Part shown: positions 16,801 through 24,548 of the stretch, piece after piece
Numbering within the stretch: position 1 is the stretch's first letter
How the letters are laid out: the number at the start of each line of letters is the position of its first letter
NCBI GenBank assembly: GCA_023436115.1
Contig: JAEZKQ010000026.1
Coordinates: 129,023-193,022 of the forward strand
Length of the DNA stretch: 64,000 nt
DNA from: Bacillota bacterium
GTDB lineage: Bacteria; Bacillota; Clostridia; Christensenellales; SZUA-584
Direction of reading: 5' to 3'
Notes under the pieces: generated by a model
The model's database searches: none
Told to the model about the DNA's origin: nothing
What the model saw: only the letters and a program-made list of their open reading frames with translations
Translations under genes and position numbers: made by a program

Positions 16801-17736
16801 AGCTCCCACTGAAAAACCATATGTCTCTACCAATTCGGCGCGTATATTATTCATGCGTTGCATATCTTCAGCGGTCTTGATCACTTTCTGACTGAGCATA
16901 TCATATTCTGATACCAGACTGCCAGCACCCGTATTATTTTCCCTTAGCGAATCGATCTCCTTACGGTTGTCCTCAAGTTTCTTTTTGGCTTCGGCTTCCG
17001 CTTGTGCAATGGCGTTAACCACTGCCATAATCACAGTAAAAATTATACCGACAACACCCAGTGCTGTATTCAAAGTGGAGCCCATGACAGCACCTGCTTG
17101 CCCCGCCGCCTGAAAAGCGGGTATTAGGTTCAGCACCTGTGCCCCGATCGATAGTATCTGTTCAGTCACACCGCCGGTTGCTTTTCCTACGGTCGTCATC
17201 AATGATGTTATCGCAGTTAATGTCGCCTTCGAGCTTTCTGCTTTCTTTTTTGAATCATCGTTTGAATTTGATTCCGAAGTTGCATTCACCTTCGCTACTG
17301 CTACCTGCCCCTGCTCAGCTTTAAGCGCGCTGAGAGAGCTTCTTGCTGCATTTACCGAATCAGCAAGGGCAATATATTGCGCATCATTTACTTCTTCGCC
17401 AGCGCCCAATGAAGCCTTATACGCTTCAAGCTTGGTCTGAGCCTCCTCCAAAACAGCTGTCTGTCTTCGAATACTCTCTTCCAGCTTCACAAACTCACTA
17501 CTTAATTCATCAAGCGACATACCCTTATATTTGTTACTCATTTCCGCCGATGCGGCGCTCACTTGAGCTATTACACCTAATAGGGTATCTTTTGTAAGAT
17601 TCGCCCCCTGTTCCATAGCTGCGTGTATTGTTAAAAACGCTTGAGTAATCTGACGTGCAGCCGCTGTTGCCATTTGGACAACAGTGTCCAGTCCCGCAAC
17701 CTTTACATTTATAATTAAATCTACTTTTTCGCTCAT
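13882..17736 (-). CDS. Tail tape measure protein (1284 aa)
   Basis: Very long alpha-helical, coiled-coil-rich protein. It has hydrophobic segments (GVVGIIFTVIMAVVNAIA), a Gly9 linker and three 51-aa tandem repeats. It sits after the G/GT chaperone pair. Confidence 0.85.
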   Translation of the reverse strand: MSEKVDLIINVKVAGLDTVVQMATAAARQITQAFLTIHAAMEQGANLTKDTLLGVIAQVSAASAEMSNKYKGMSLDELSSEFVKLEESIRRQTAVLEEAQTKLEAYKASLGAGEEVNDAQYIALADSVNAARSSLSALKAEQGQVAVAKVNATSESNSNDDSKKKAESSKATLTAITSLMTTVGKATGGVTEQILSIGAQVLNLIPAFQAAGQAGAVMGSTLNTALGVVGIIFTVIMAVVNAIAQAEAEAKKKLEDNRKEIDSLRENNTGAGSLVSEYDMLSQKVIKTAEDMQRMNNIRAELVETYGFSVGAIDEEGRLLAGNLDTMKEQLALSEQLMLSKMRENEAAEKNTVNNSVNKIKGFENDQDYWKSRIEDPTIVFGDQYKDAAPDSQAMEDMQYTISVWQENLDKAMAGIEDAKAEGQVALDNLFNQMVLKIRNRGQDVPIALQQVMKLKMDEAFNGESTAEEAAAAAQKVFDAYTNLDSVVSKADLPTGEAIREQLLSMFAAGEGSGLGEIDMLSGIVDSLNSSGAQMNTSLQLILQDAITTIDSNTTSIADKKAQINELFSGFDLSGFAISDVFGNLEEAAAAADEGGAGALLNYEAALEAAINSVDGMNAASESLKKVLKTNLNNALDETREKIEVVGKSSKRETQNIKKADAVFEDLASGGKNATKAIGDISKSMGDLGKSKSALSIVEQGADASDQYTEALNYLAEQFGVSASDIESNSGLIADAISDEEDYYSSLLQTLGQFVGVEFTGDASSMVAQLQNLRAGADDVTKSAIDAMIAMYSIPSANVSSDGKVTFNNKSPFGSKLTGGGGGGGGGAKKNKALEREKELLEHNKAMGQVTTAEEIANLERILAKYAKTTDEKRELTEKLYELRKQLAEEELEYQKAMDQLTLREEIAAMDKMIASYKEGTTARRDLEKERYEAARELERQEYDLKVYYGQMTLAEQEAQLKKMIASYKEGVQDRIDLEKELYDLQQTIRQQNIDRLNGLSDAIVSALQERYEAQREMEEKTLNDSIDAWQTWGDEQVAAIQRQIDALDELTKQESDAEEEAKKRRKIAMLEQQLLYEQDVYNRRKLQEEIVKSQKELDDWLVQKERDALKADLQKQIDAVNETVKTEQEKLQDKIDANNAYYEELEKEQNLRAEAQKMLMQSGQTDIINLLKEFAPEYNATGQTLGDQLVDGFMSRVGDIEAWFASLTSSLTTYQQELAHVATTAAEQYYSVHGYPTAQESPAPTGPVTNVGPTLNLYFTETTQSPAEIRRELERLLEQISQM
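14758..15216 (-). repeat. Three tandem 153-nt (51-aa) repeats inside the tape measure gene
   Basis: The three units begin LEHNKAMGQVTTAEEIANLERILAKYAKTT..., LEYQKAMDQLTLREEIAAMDKMIASYKEGT... and YDLKVYYGQMTLAEQEAQLKKMIASYKEGV.... Coordinates were derived by counting codons from the start. Confidence 0.7.
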
Positions 17737-17889
17737 GTCCGGCCCTCCTTCATGAAAAAAAGCGGCACTAAGGTCGCTTTTTCTTAAAACCGGTATTTAT
17801 ATATCATTAACGGCAAACGCTTATTGTCCGCTGTTGCGCCGCCGATACAATTGAGGTCTCTGGTATTGTGATTGTTCCACCTGTGTTGC

Positions 17890-18491
17890 TTACCACTCAT
17901 CTGCAGAGACCTCTGTGGTCATTTCCTTCTTATCAAAGCTATGCATCTCATTATAAGCATCCAGCACGGTTAGAAACTCATCAAAATAATAGTCGTTTAA
18001 GAGAGCTGCTTTCCCAATACCGATGCTTTCGGCGATGGCGATCCATTTTTGGAGCCAGTAATCAGTGCCGGAAGCTTCGCCTTTATCAGTCCCGACACGG
18101 TTTCGAAAAAATCCGTCATATCATTCATCGCCCAGAATTCTTTAACGACATCACAGAATTCCTTTGGTGTGAGCGTGTTTTTTATAACGTCCTTATCAAC
18201 GTCGAGTATCAGTGATATGGTGCTCACCACATACTCGGGCGCAATCATGAAAAGACGCGTCAGAATACGAATCAGCGATTCCTCTGTCAGCGCCGTGAGC
18301 TCACTCATGATGTCCGAAATTTTCTTCCCGGGAAAAAGTTCGTTCACGATTGCACCTGGCAATTCTTCAAGCTCTCGCATTGCCGACAAGTATTTTCCGA
18401 CCGGGACTTTCTTGACTTCAATACCATGTACTACCCTTTCTTTAGGCAGTGTAATATTTGTGCTTTTACTCTTAAAATCAAATAAAGACAT
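17890..18491 (-). CDS. Predicted -1 frameshift product of the tail assembly chaperone (gpGT-like, about 200 aa)
   Basis: The slippery heptamer T TTT TTC sits in frame 0 (GAT TTT TTC; plus-strand 18105-18111). The -1 frame is open from there through the frame-0 stop for 71 codons, to TAA at 17890-17892. Confidence 0.55.
17997..18491 (-). CDS. Tail assembly chaperone (gpG-like, 164 aa)
   Basis: It lies between the major tail and tape measure genes. ATG at 18491 is preceded by GAGGAGGAA. The longer track ORF (to 18620) would overlap the major tail gene. Confidence 0.65.
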   Translation of the reverse strand: MSLFDFKSKSTNITLPKERVVHGIEVKKVPVGKYLSAMRELEELPGAIVNELFPGKKISDIMSELTALTEESLIRILTRLFMIAPEYVVSTISLILDVDKDVIKNTLTPKEFCDVVKEFWAMNDMTDFFETVSGLIKAKLPALITGSKNGSPSPKASVLGKQLS

Positions 18492-18537
18492 AGCTTCCTC
18501 CTCGATGGTTCTTTTCCGATAAATGGAGAAGAGGGTA

Positions 18538-19113
18538 TTAACCCTCTCCACCGCCGGTTTCAGCAATCTGATCAATTGTATCCAACCAGGTATACGTTTT
18601 GTCAGTGCTGTCCTTCTCAATTCTTACCGCCCCGTCCGCTGCACGTTGTGTCGAGCGGAATGTCAGGGTGTAAGCCGCGATTTCATTGGCTTCGCCTTTT
18701 GTCGCATGATCCACCTTAACAGACATTAGTCTCACGCAGTAATGCTTGAACATACGATACTGCCCGTCAGAACGAAGCGCTGCATACGCAAACGCAAATT
18801 CAGGGGCCACATCAGCGCTCTTAAATACATACGTTTTCTCTGTCTCGCTGTAAGTTCCGCCGGCCAGCTTCGCCTCAATTTCTAGCGGCAATCCCGCGAT
18901 CGTGAAAGTCAGGTCCTCGTACTGGTAGTCGGAACCCGAATCATACACGGCATCGTCAGCGTAAATGGTATATTCACTTCGGCTGACTTCTTTTGTGAGA
19001 TTCTGCGCACCTGAAAGCGGAATCATTGTACCGGTCGAATATACGGTCGTTGAGTTAACTGTAATCGGCCATGTACGTGCTGCGCAAAAGCCTTTCAATG
19101 CAATCTTGTCCAT
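18538..19113 (-). CDS. Major tail (tube) protein, phi13/TP901-1-like
   Basis: 191 aa, positioned upstream of the chaperone pair. The sequence pattern (..YADDAVYDS.....LTFTIAGLPLE...) resembles Firmicute siphovirus major tail proteins. Confidence 0.6.
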   Translation of the reverse strand: MDKIALKGFCAARTWPITVNSTTVYSTGTMIPLSGAQNLTKEVSRSEYTIYADDAVYDSGSDYQYEDLTFTIAGLPLEIEAKLAGGTYSETEKTYVFKSADVAPEFAFAYAALRSDGQYRMFKHYCVRLMSVKVDHATKGEANEIAAYTLTFRSTQRAADGAVRIEKDSTDKTYTWLDTIDQIAETGGGEG

Positions 19114-19128
19114 CTATTATTTTCCTTT

Positions 19129-19512
19129 CTATAATATGTCCTCGCCCCAAAACGAGAACTCAAAATAATAAACCGTTCTTCCTGATTCATCCACCGAAAG
19201 CTTGCACGGATGACTTCGTATGCGTCCGATGCCCCAACGCGTATCAGTCAAATGGATGATGTTTTCGTCCGGCCCGCTGTCAATATGAGTTGCCATCTGT
19301 GAAGCCAGCACATAAGCGTCCTCTGCATTCGCCGCCCTCACCTGAACCTTTATATAACGCGTGGCAGATCCGTCGGCAATCATGGATCCTTTATGTTCTG
19401 TCACGAAAAGGCCCACCGCTTGATCCGGAGTCCCGGGTAAAACGTCTTTGCCGATATTCTCATATCCTTTGCTTTCCAAATACGTTTTAAGGTCTTCCAA
19501 AAAAATGGCCAT
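19129..19512 (-). CDS. Tail terminator-like / head-tail joining protein (first gene of the module)
   Basis: 127 aa immediately upstream of the major tail gene, which is the canonical slot for the tail terminator. RBS is AAGGAG. The assignment rests on position and size only. Confidence 0.4.
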   Translation of the reverse strand: MAIFLEDLKTYLESKGYENIGKDVLPGTPDQAVGLFVTEHKGSMIADGSATRYIKVQVRAANAEDAYVLASQMATHIDSGPDENIIHLTDTRWGIGRIRSHPCKLSVDESGRTVYYFEFSFWGEDIL

Positions 19513-19619
19513 CTGCTTATCTCCTTACTTGGTGTTTAAAAAAATCATTTACTTTGTTATTGTCATTATCCTATGAAGAGTCGCTCAACTTCGCTCAATC
19601 TCTCTTTTCTAACGGAAAC

Positions 19620-19642
19620 AAAAAACCGCTCAAAACGAACGG
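19620..19642 (-). terminator. Intrinsic terminator (second of two downstream of the tRNA operon)
   Basis: Minus-strand RNA reads CCGUUC-GUUUU-GAGCGG followed by UUUUUU. Confidence 0.5.
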
Positions 19643-19724
19643 CTCATCTTTTTATATTTGGATCATAATTTATTACTCAACTCATAATCACTCAGTATTA
19701 AAAATTAATTGTATTTTTGGACAT

Positions 19725-19749
19725 AAAAAAACCGCCTTATCGGCGGTTT
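19725..19749 (-). terminator. Intrinsic terminator immediately after tRNA-Lys
   Basis: Minus strand: AAAACCGCC-GATAA-GGCGGTTTTTTT, starting directly after the encoded CCA end. Confidence 0.75.
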
Positions 19750-19825
19750 TGGTGGGCCACCAGGGGCTCGAACCCTGGACAACACGATTAAGAGTCGCGT
19801 ACTCTACCAACTGAGTTAGTGGCCC
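19750..19825 (-). tRNA. tRNA-Lys (anticodon CTT), CCA encoded
   Basis: Hand-folded cloverleaf: acceptor GGGCCAC/GTGGCCC, anticodon stem CGCGA/TCGTG, loop CTCTTAA, T-arm CAGGG-TTCGAGC-CCCTG. 76 nt. Confidence 0.85.
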
Positions 19826-19835
19826 TTATGAAAGG

Positions 19836-19909
19836 TGGAGCGGGTGATGGGAATCGAACCCACGCAACCAGCTTGGAAGGCTGGGGCTCTACCGTTGAGC
19901 TACACCCGC
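19836..19909 (-). tRNA. tRNA-Gly (anticodon TCC), CCA encoded
   Basis: Acceptor GCGGGTG/CACCCGC, anticodon stem CCAGC/GCTGG, loop CTTCCAA, T-loop TTCGATT. 74 nt. Confidence 0.85.
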
Positions 19910-19917
19910 GAAAATAG

Positions 19918-19992
19918 TGGAGCGGAAGACGGGATTCGAACCCGCGACTTCGACCTTGGCAAGGTCGCACTCTACCACTGAGTCACTCCCGC
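19918..19992 (-). tRNA. tRNA-Gly (anticodon GCC), CCA encoded
   Basis: Acceptor GCGGGAG/CTTCCGC, anticodon stem CGACC/GGTCG, loop TTGCCAA, T-loop TTCGAAT. 75 nt. Confidence 0.85.
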
Positions 19993-20004
19993 TCGGTGTT
20001 ACCT

Positions 20005-20089
20005 TGGTGCGGGCGAAGAGACTTGAACTCCCACGCCTAGCGGCACTAGATCCTAAGTCTAGCGCGTCTGCCAATTCCGCCACGCCCGC
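20005..20089 (-). tRNA. tRNA-Leu (anticodon TAG), long variable arm, CCA encoded
   Basis: Acceptor GCGGGCG/CGCCCGC, anticodon stem CTAGA/TCTAG, loop CTTAGGA, long extra arm, T-loop TTCAAGT. 85 nt. Confidence 0.85.
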
Positions 20090-20133
20090 TGGTATTGCAT
20101 CCAAAACGGCCCCCCGTTTTTGGGCACTTTGGT

Positions 20134-20162
20134 ATTCTAACACCACATCTACGTTTAGTCAA
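20134..20162 (-). promoter_or_regulatory. Probable sigma-A promoter of the tRNA operon
   Basis: Minus strand: TTGACT, 17 nt spacer, TAGAAT, about 45 nt upstream of tRNA-Leu. Confidence 0.5.
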
Positions 20163-20258
20163 TACACTATTTATGCATATTTTAAATTGTTTATTCGAAA
20201 ACAAAAGCCATTATAGAAGGCACTGTATTTCTAGAAACCAACAAAAGAAATGCGGGCT

Positions 20259-20759
20259 TTAAGCGCCCGCACCGCAACACTTCTTATACTTTTTTCCGCT
20301 GCCGCAAGGGCAAGGCATGTTCCGCCCGATCTTGTCAGAAACGGCTTGTTTGTCCTGTCGCCACTTATCTCTGATTTCACGGCGGCGCTCTTCGGTCAGT
20401 ATATCGTCCCAGCCAGACAGCGTATAAAGCCATTTGGCCTTCGCATCCAGCATATTGTAGTAAAGCTTCTCAAAGTCAACTTTTAAAGAAATATCCGAAG
20501 CTTCTTTTAGCTTTTCCAGATCAACCTCTTTTACAAGGCTGGTGTTAATGCCATCCATAAAGGCTGTAAAAACAACGCTGGACATACCAAACTCTTCAGC
20601 AATATCAGAAAGCTTGCCTTCATAGAAATCTTCTTTACGCGCAAGTATCTTCTTATAAGCTTCTGTCTCAATACCAAAATACTCGTCCCAAAAGGCCTTA
20701 TTTTCCTGCGGCGTTCTTTGCGCCTCGGCCATACTCTGCCACTGACTAAATAAGCTCAT
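20259..20759 (-). CDS. SEC-C motif domain protein (166 aa)
   Basis: The C-terminal [19 protein letters not shown] is the SEC-C zinc-binding motif. A hairpin terminator overlaps the stop. Confidence 0.75.
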   Translation of the reverse strand: MSLFSQWQSMAEAQRTPQENKAFWDEYFGIETEAYKKILARKEDFYEGKLSDIAEEFGMSSVVFTAFMDGINTSLVKEVDLEKLKEASDISLKVDFEKLYYNMLDAKAKWLYTLSGWDDILTEERRREIRDKWRQDKQAVSDKIGRNMPCPCGSGKKYKKCCGAGA

Positions 20760-20769
20760 GAACTCTCCC

Positions 20770-21981
20770 TCACATCATTTTTTCAAGCGTCATCTTTATC
20801 TGTTTAATAAACGCTTCGGTGCTCACCTTTTGTTTATGCTCTAATTCGCTCAATACATAAAGGTCACCCGTCATAACTCCCTGCTCAATGGTACGAATAG
20901 ACGCTTGTTCTAAACGCTCTGCAAACGTCACAAGCGGCTCGTTACCGTCTATCTCACCGCGTTTTTTCAAAGCGCCTGTCCAAGCAAACAATGTTGCCAT
21001 GCAGTTTGTCGATGTTTCCTTGCCTTCCAGATGCTGATAATAGTGCTTTGTTACCGTGCCGTGAGCCGCTTCATATTCATAAACCCCCATCGGCGAAACG
21101 AGCACGGATGTCATCATCGCCAAGCTGCCATATGCAGTCGCGACCATATCAGACATGACATCCCCATCATAGTTCATGCAGGCCCAAATAAAACCGCCGC
21201 GGCTGCGAATTACACGCGCCACTGCATCATCTATCAATGTATAGAAATACTCAATACCGGCTTGCTCAAACTGCTCTTTGTAAACATTATCATATATCTC
21301 GGCGAATATATCTTTGAAACGGTGATGATAAAGCTTAGAAATTGTATCTTTCGATGCAAACCATAAATCCTGTTTTGTATCCAGCGCATAGTTAAAGCAG
21401 CTCTTAGCGAAGCTCTCAATTGAGGTTGTGGTGTTATACATGCCACGAACCACGCCACCTCTTTCATCAAACTGCGCAATAAGCCGTTTCTCCGTTGTCC
21501 CGTCTGCACGTGTCACAACAACTTCAGCTTTGCCTGCGCCATCAACCACACATTCCTGTGCGTTATAGATATCGCCAAATGCATGTCTTGCGATGGTGAT
21601 AGGCTCCTGCCAAGTCTTGACGGAAGGCGATATGCCTTTTACAAGGATCGGCGCGCGGAAAACAGTGCCGTCAAGCGCTTCACGGATTGTGCCGTTGGGG
21701 CTTTTCCACATTTTTTTCAGGTCATACTCTTCCACACGCTGTACATTCGGTGTAATTGTGGCGCACTTCACACCAACGCCATACTTTTTTATTGCCATGG
21801 CCGAGTCAATTGTGACCTGATCATTTGTCGCATCTCTTTCGATGAGGCCGAGATCATAATACTCGGTATTAAGCTCAACATAAGGCTCAATGAGATAGTC
21901 CTTAATCATCTTCCAGATAATTCGGGTCATCTCGTCGCCGTCAAGCTCAACTAATGGTACCGGCATTTTTATCTTTGTCAT
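20770..21981 (-). CDS. icd: NADP-dependent isocitrate dehydrogenase (eukaryote-like type, about 403 aa)
   Basis: The N-terminus [19 protein letters not shown] and the overall length match the IDH1/2-like dimeric subfamily. Confidence 0.88.
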   Translation of the reverse strand: MTKIKMPVPLVELDGDEMTRIIWKMIKDYLIEPYVELNTEYYDLGLIERDATNDQVTIDSAMAIKKYGVGVKCATITPNVQRVEEYDLKKMWKSPNGTIREALDGTVFRAPILVKGISPSVKTWQEPITIARHAFGDIYNAQECVVDGAGKAEVVVTRADGTTEKRLIAQFDERGGVVRGMYNTTTSIESFAKSCFNYALDTKQDLWFASKDTISKLYHHRFKDIFAEIYDNVYKEQFEQAGIEYFYTLIDDAVARVIRSRGGFIWACMNYDGDVMSDMVATAYGSLAMMTSVLVSPMGVYEYEAAHGTVTKHYYQHLEGKETSTNCMATLFAWTGALKKRGEIDGNEPLVTFAERLEQASIRTIEQGVMTGDLYVLSELEHKQKVSTEAFIKQIKMTLEKMM

Positions 21982-22104
21982 TTATAACTCCTTTATATAA
22001 AAACTAAATTATTCAAATGTAAATAAACCCGGATATGCGTCTCATTTTACTTCAAGAAAGAACAAAACACAAGTCATAATACAATTATACCAATATGAGA
22101 ACAC

Positions 22105-22142
22105 TATAAAAGGAACGCCTTATCCTAAAACAAGGCGTTCCT
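22105..22142 (-). terminator. Intrinsic terminator after gpmI
   Basis: AGGAACGCCTT-loop-AAGGCGTTCCT hairpin followed by TTTTA on the minus strand. Confidence 0.6.
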
Positions 22143-22151
22143 TCTATTTCA

Positions 22152-23687
22152 TCATTCAGCGATAAGGGATTCGCCCGTCATTTCTGATGGTTTAGTAAGT
22201 CCCATCATCTCCAGCATAGTCGGCGCAATATCCGCCAAACGCCCGTCTTTTTTCAGCTTCGCATTTTTATAGCGCTCACCCACAAGAATAAGCGGCACTG
22301 GATTTGTCGTATGAGCCGTAAACGGCCCGCCGTTCTCATCAAACATCTTCTCGGAGTTGCCATGATCTGCGGTAATTATAACTTCTCCGCCCATTTTAAG
22401 TATAGACTGGACCACTTTGCCGACACAGGCATCTACGGCAGTCACGGCCTTTACCGCCGCTTCTAGCACACCCGTGTGCCCCACCATGTCCGGATTGGCG
22501 AAGTTTAAAATCATTACATCATATTCGCCGGATTCGATATGCTTCACGGCCTCGTCGGCCACTTCATAAGCGCTCATTTCGGGCTTTAAGTCATAAGTCG
22601 CCACCTTAGGAGACGGTATTAAAAACCGATCTTCCCCGTCGTTGGGCTTTTCCACGCCCCCATTGAAGAAAAATGTGACATGCGCATATTTCTCTGTTTC
22701 GGCAATGCGGAACTGCCGCTTATTGTTGGCGGCCAAATATTCACCCAGCGTGTTGTCAAGCGATTGCGGCTTATATGCCACATGTACATTCTCAAAAGTC
22801 TTGTCATATTGCGTCATGCAGACATAGTGAACCGGGAAATACTCTCTTTCAAAACCGGAAAAGTCCTTATCAATAAATGTACGTGTGATCTCTCGCGCAC
22901 GGTCGGGCCTGAAATTAAAGAATACAATGGAGTCTCCTGCGCCGATTGTTGCCACGGGTTTGCCACCCTGCTGTACAACAGTGGGCAAAACAAACTCATC
23001 CATCTCACCTTTTTCATAGCTTTGCCTCATGGCCTGCACTGCACTGTCAGCGCTAACGCCTATGCCTTTGACCATAGCGTCGTAAGCCTTTACGACCCGT
23101 TCATATCGGTTATCCCTGTCCATGGCGTAGTATCGGCCCATAACTGTCGCAATCTGCCCGATACCGATTACCTTGATCTTCTCCTCCAGCTGCTCAATAT
23201 ATCCGAGTCCACTGTCCGGTGGCACGTCACGACCGTCCATAAAGCAATGAATATAAACATTATCAAGGCCTTGATCTTTAGCCAGTTTAAGCAGTGCATA
23301 AAGGTGGCCAAGGTGGCTGTGAACGCCGCCATCGGAAATCAGGCCAAAGGTGTGAAAACGGGTGCCTTTCTTCTTAGCGTTTTGCATCGCTTCAATCAGC
23401 TCCGGCTTTTCAAAGAAACCGCCGTCATTAATGTCTTTCGTAATGCGCGTTAATTCCTGATAAACGATACGCCCCGCTCCGATATTTAAATGGCCGACCT
23501 CACTGTTACCCATCTGCCCTTCCGGCAAGCCAACATCCATGCCGGATGCGCCCACCAGCGTATGCGGATAGGCCTCTTTCAGCGCACGGATAGAGGGGAT
23601 GCCGCAAATTCGCACTGAATTACCCGTTTGCGAATTCTCATACCCAAATCCGTCCAATATCATTAATGCTGTTAATTTTCTACTCAT
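22152..23687 (-). CDS. gpmI: 2,3-bisphosphoglycerate-independent phosphoglycerate mutase
   Basis: 511 aa carrying ILDGFG, GNSEVGHLNIGAGR and ADHGN motifs. Confidence 0.93.
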   Translation of the reverse strand: MSRKLTALMILDGFGYENSQTGNSVRICGIPSIRALKEAYPHTLVGASGMDVGLPEGQMGNSEVGHLNIGAGRIVYQELTRITKDINDGGFFEKPELIEAMQNAKKKGTRFHTFGLISDGGVHSHLGHLYALLKLAKDQGLDNVYIHCFMDGRDVPPDSGLGYIEQLEEKIKVIGIGQIATVMGRYYAMDRDNRYERVVKAYDAMVKGIGVSADSAVQAMRQSYEKGEMDEFVLPTVVQQGGKPVATIGAGDSIVFFNFRPDRAREITRTFIDKDFSGFEREYFPVHYVCMTQYDKTFENVHVAYKPQSLDNTLGEYLAANNKRQFRIAETEKYAHVTFFFNGGVEKPNDGEDRFLIPSPKVATYDLKPEMSAYEVADEAVKHIESGEYDVMILNFANPDMVGHTGVLEAAVKAVTAVDACVGKVVQSILKMGGEVIITADHGNSEKMFDENGGPFTAHTTNPVPLILVGERYKNAKLKKDGRLADIAPTMLEMMGLTKPSEMTGESLIAE

Positions 23688-23699
23688 TTTTTCCCCACT

Positions 23700-24449
23700 T
23701 TAGAACTTCACGATTCCGGCAAAGTCCTCGGCTTTCAGAGCCGCGCCGCCGATCAATCCGCCGTCGATTTCCGGTTTTGCCATAAGCTCAGACGCATTGG
23801 AAGGTTTCATGCTACCACCGTACTGTATACGGATGCTCTGCGCAGCTTTGTCGCCGTATACTTCTTTCACAGCGTTTCTGATAGCGCCAATCGTATCGTT
23901 GGCATCATCGGATGTCGCCGTTTTGCCTGTGCCGATAGCCCAGATGGGTTCATAAGCCAATATCATGCCTGCCACTTCCTCCGCACTCAGGCCCAGCAGA
24001 GCCAGCTTTGTCTGCCTGCAAACAACCTCGTTTGTGATACCCGCTTCTCTTTCCTCAAGCGTCTCGCCGATGCACACGATAGGCTTTAAGCCTTTGCCAA
24101 GGGCAACCTTTGCTTTTTTATTGACGCCCTCATCTGTTTCGCCGAAATACTGCCGTCTTTCCGAGTGTCCGAGAATCACATACTCCACACCAAAAGCAAG
24201 CAGCATATCCGCGGAAATTTCGCCTGTAAAAGCGCCGCTCTGCTCAAAGTGCATATTCTGAGCACCCAGCTTTATATTCGAACCGGCAAGCGCTTCGGAT
24301 GCCGCTGCCAAATTAACAAATGGCGGACACACAACGATATCAACGTTGCTGACATCGCAGACAAGCGGAATCAATTCGCTGATAAGCTTTTTGGTCTCTT
24401 CAGACGTTTTGTTCATTTTCCAGTTTCCGGCAATAATCGGTTTTCTCAT
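23700..24449 (-). CDS. tpiA: Triosephosphate isomerase
   Basis: Motifs: [26 protein letters not shown]. Confidence 0.93.
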   Translation of the reverse strand: MRKPIIAGNWKMNKTSEETKKLISELIPLVCDVSNVDIVVCPPFVNLAAASEALAGSNIKLGAQNMHFEQSGAFTGEISADMLLAFGVEYVILGHSERRQYFGETDEGVNKKAKVALGKGLKPIVCIGETLEEREAGITNEVVCRQTKLALLGLSAEEVAGMILAYEPIWAIGTGKTATSDDANDTIGAIRNAVKEVYGDKAAQSIRIQYGGSMKPSNASELMAKPEIDGGLIGGAALKAEDFAGIVKF

Positions 24450-24548
24450 AATTAACCTCCATAAAAATTTTATAATATATTTAACCTTTAAAAAAGGGTT
24501 ACCCCAAAAGAGAGCAACCCTTATAACATCTAGATTTGGTGCACTCTC

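Larger units (their letters stand above)
6430..19512 (-). mobile_element. Prophage-derived siphovirus-type tail gene module without head, packaging, integration or lysis genes (tailocin-like cluster or prophage remnant)
   Basis: Thirteen co-directional, tightly packed ORFs, several with TAATG/ATGA overlaps, follow the canonical order: terminator-like, major tail, G/GT chaperone, tape measure, Dit, Tal-like, fibres. Housekeeping genes and tRNAs flank both sides. Confidence 0.7.

Noticed and set aside
13861-17597. Numerous plus-strand ORFs inside the tape measure gene (e.g. 13861-14445, 14515-14904, 15242-15508)
   Set aside because: They are antisense to a continuous 1284-codon ORF with a clear RBS and phage-typical features. 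Their Leu/Ser/Phe-rich low-complexity translations are artefacts of the coiled-coil codon pattern.
19788-20216. Three ORFs (60-99 aa) overlapping the tRNA cluster
   Set aside because: The interval folds into four canonical tRNAs with encoded CCA ends. ORFs across tRNA genes are artefacts.
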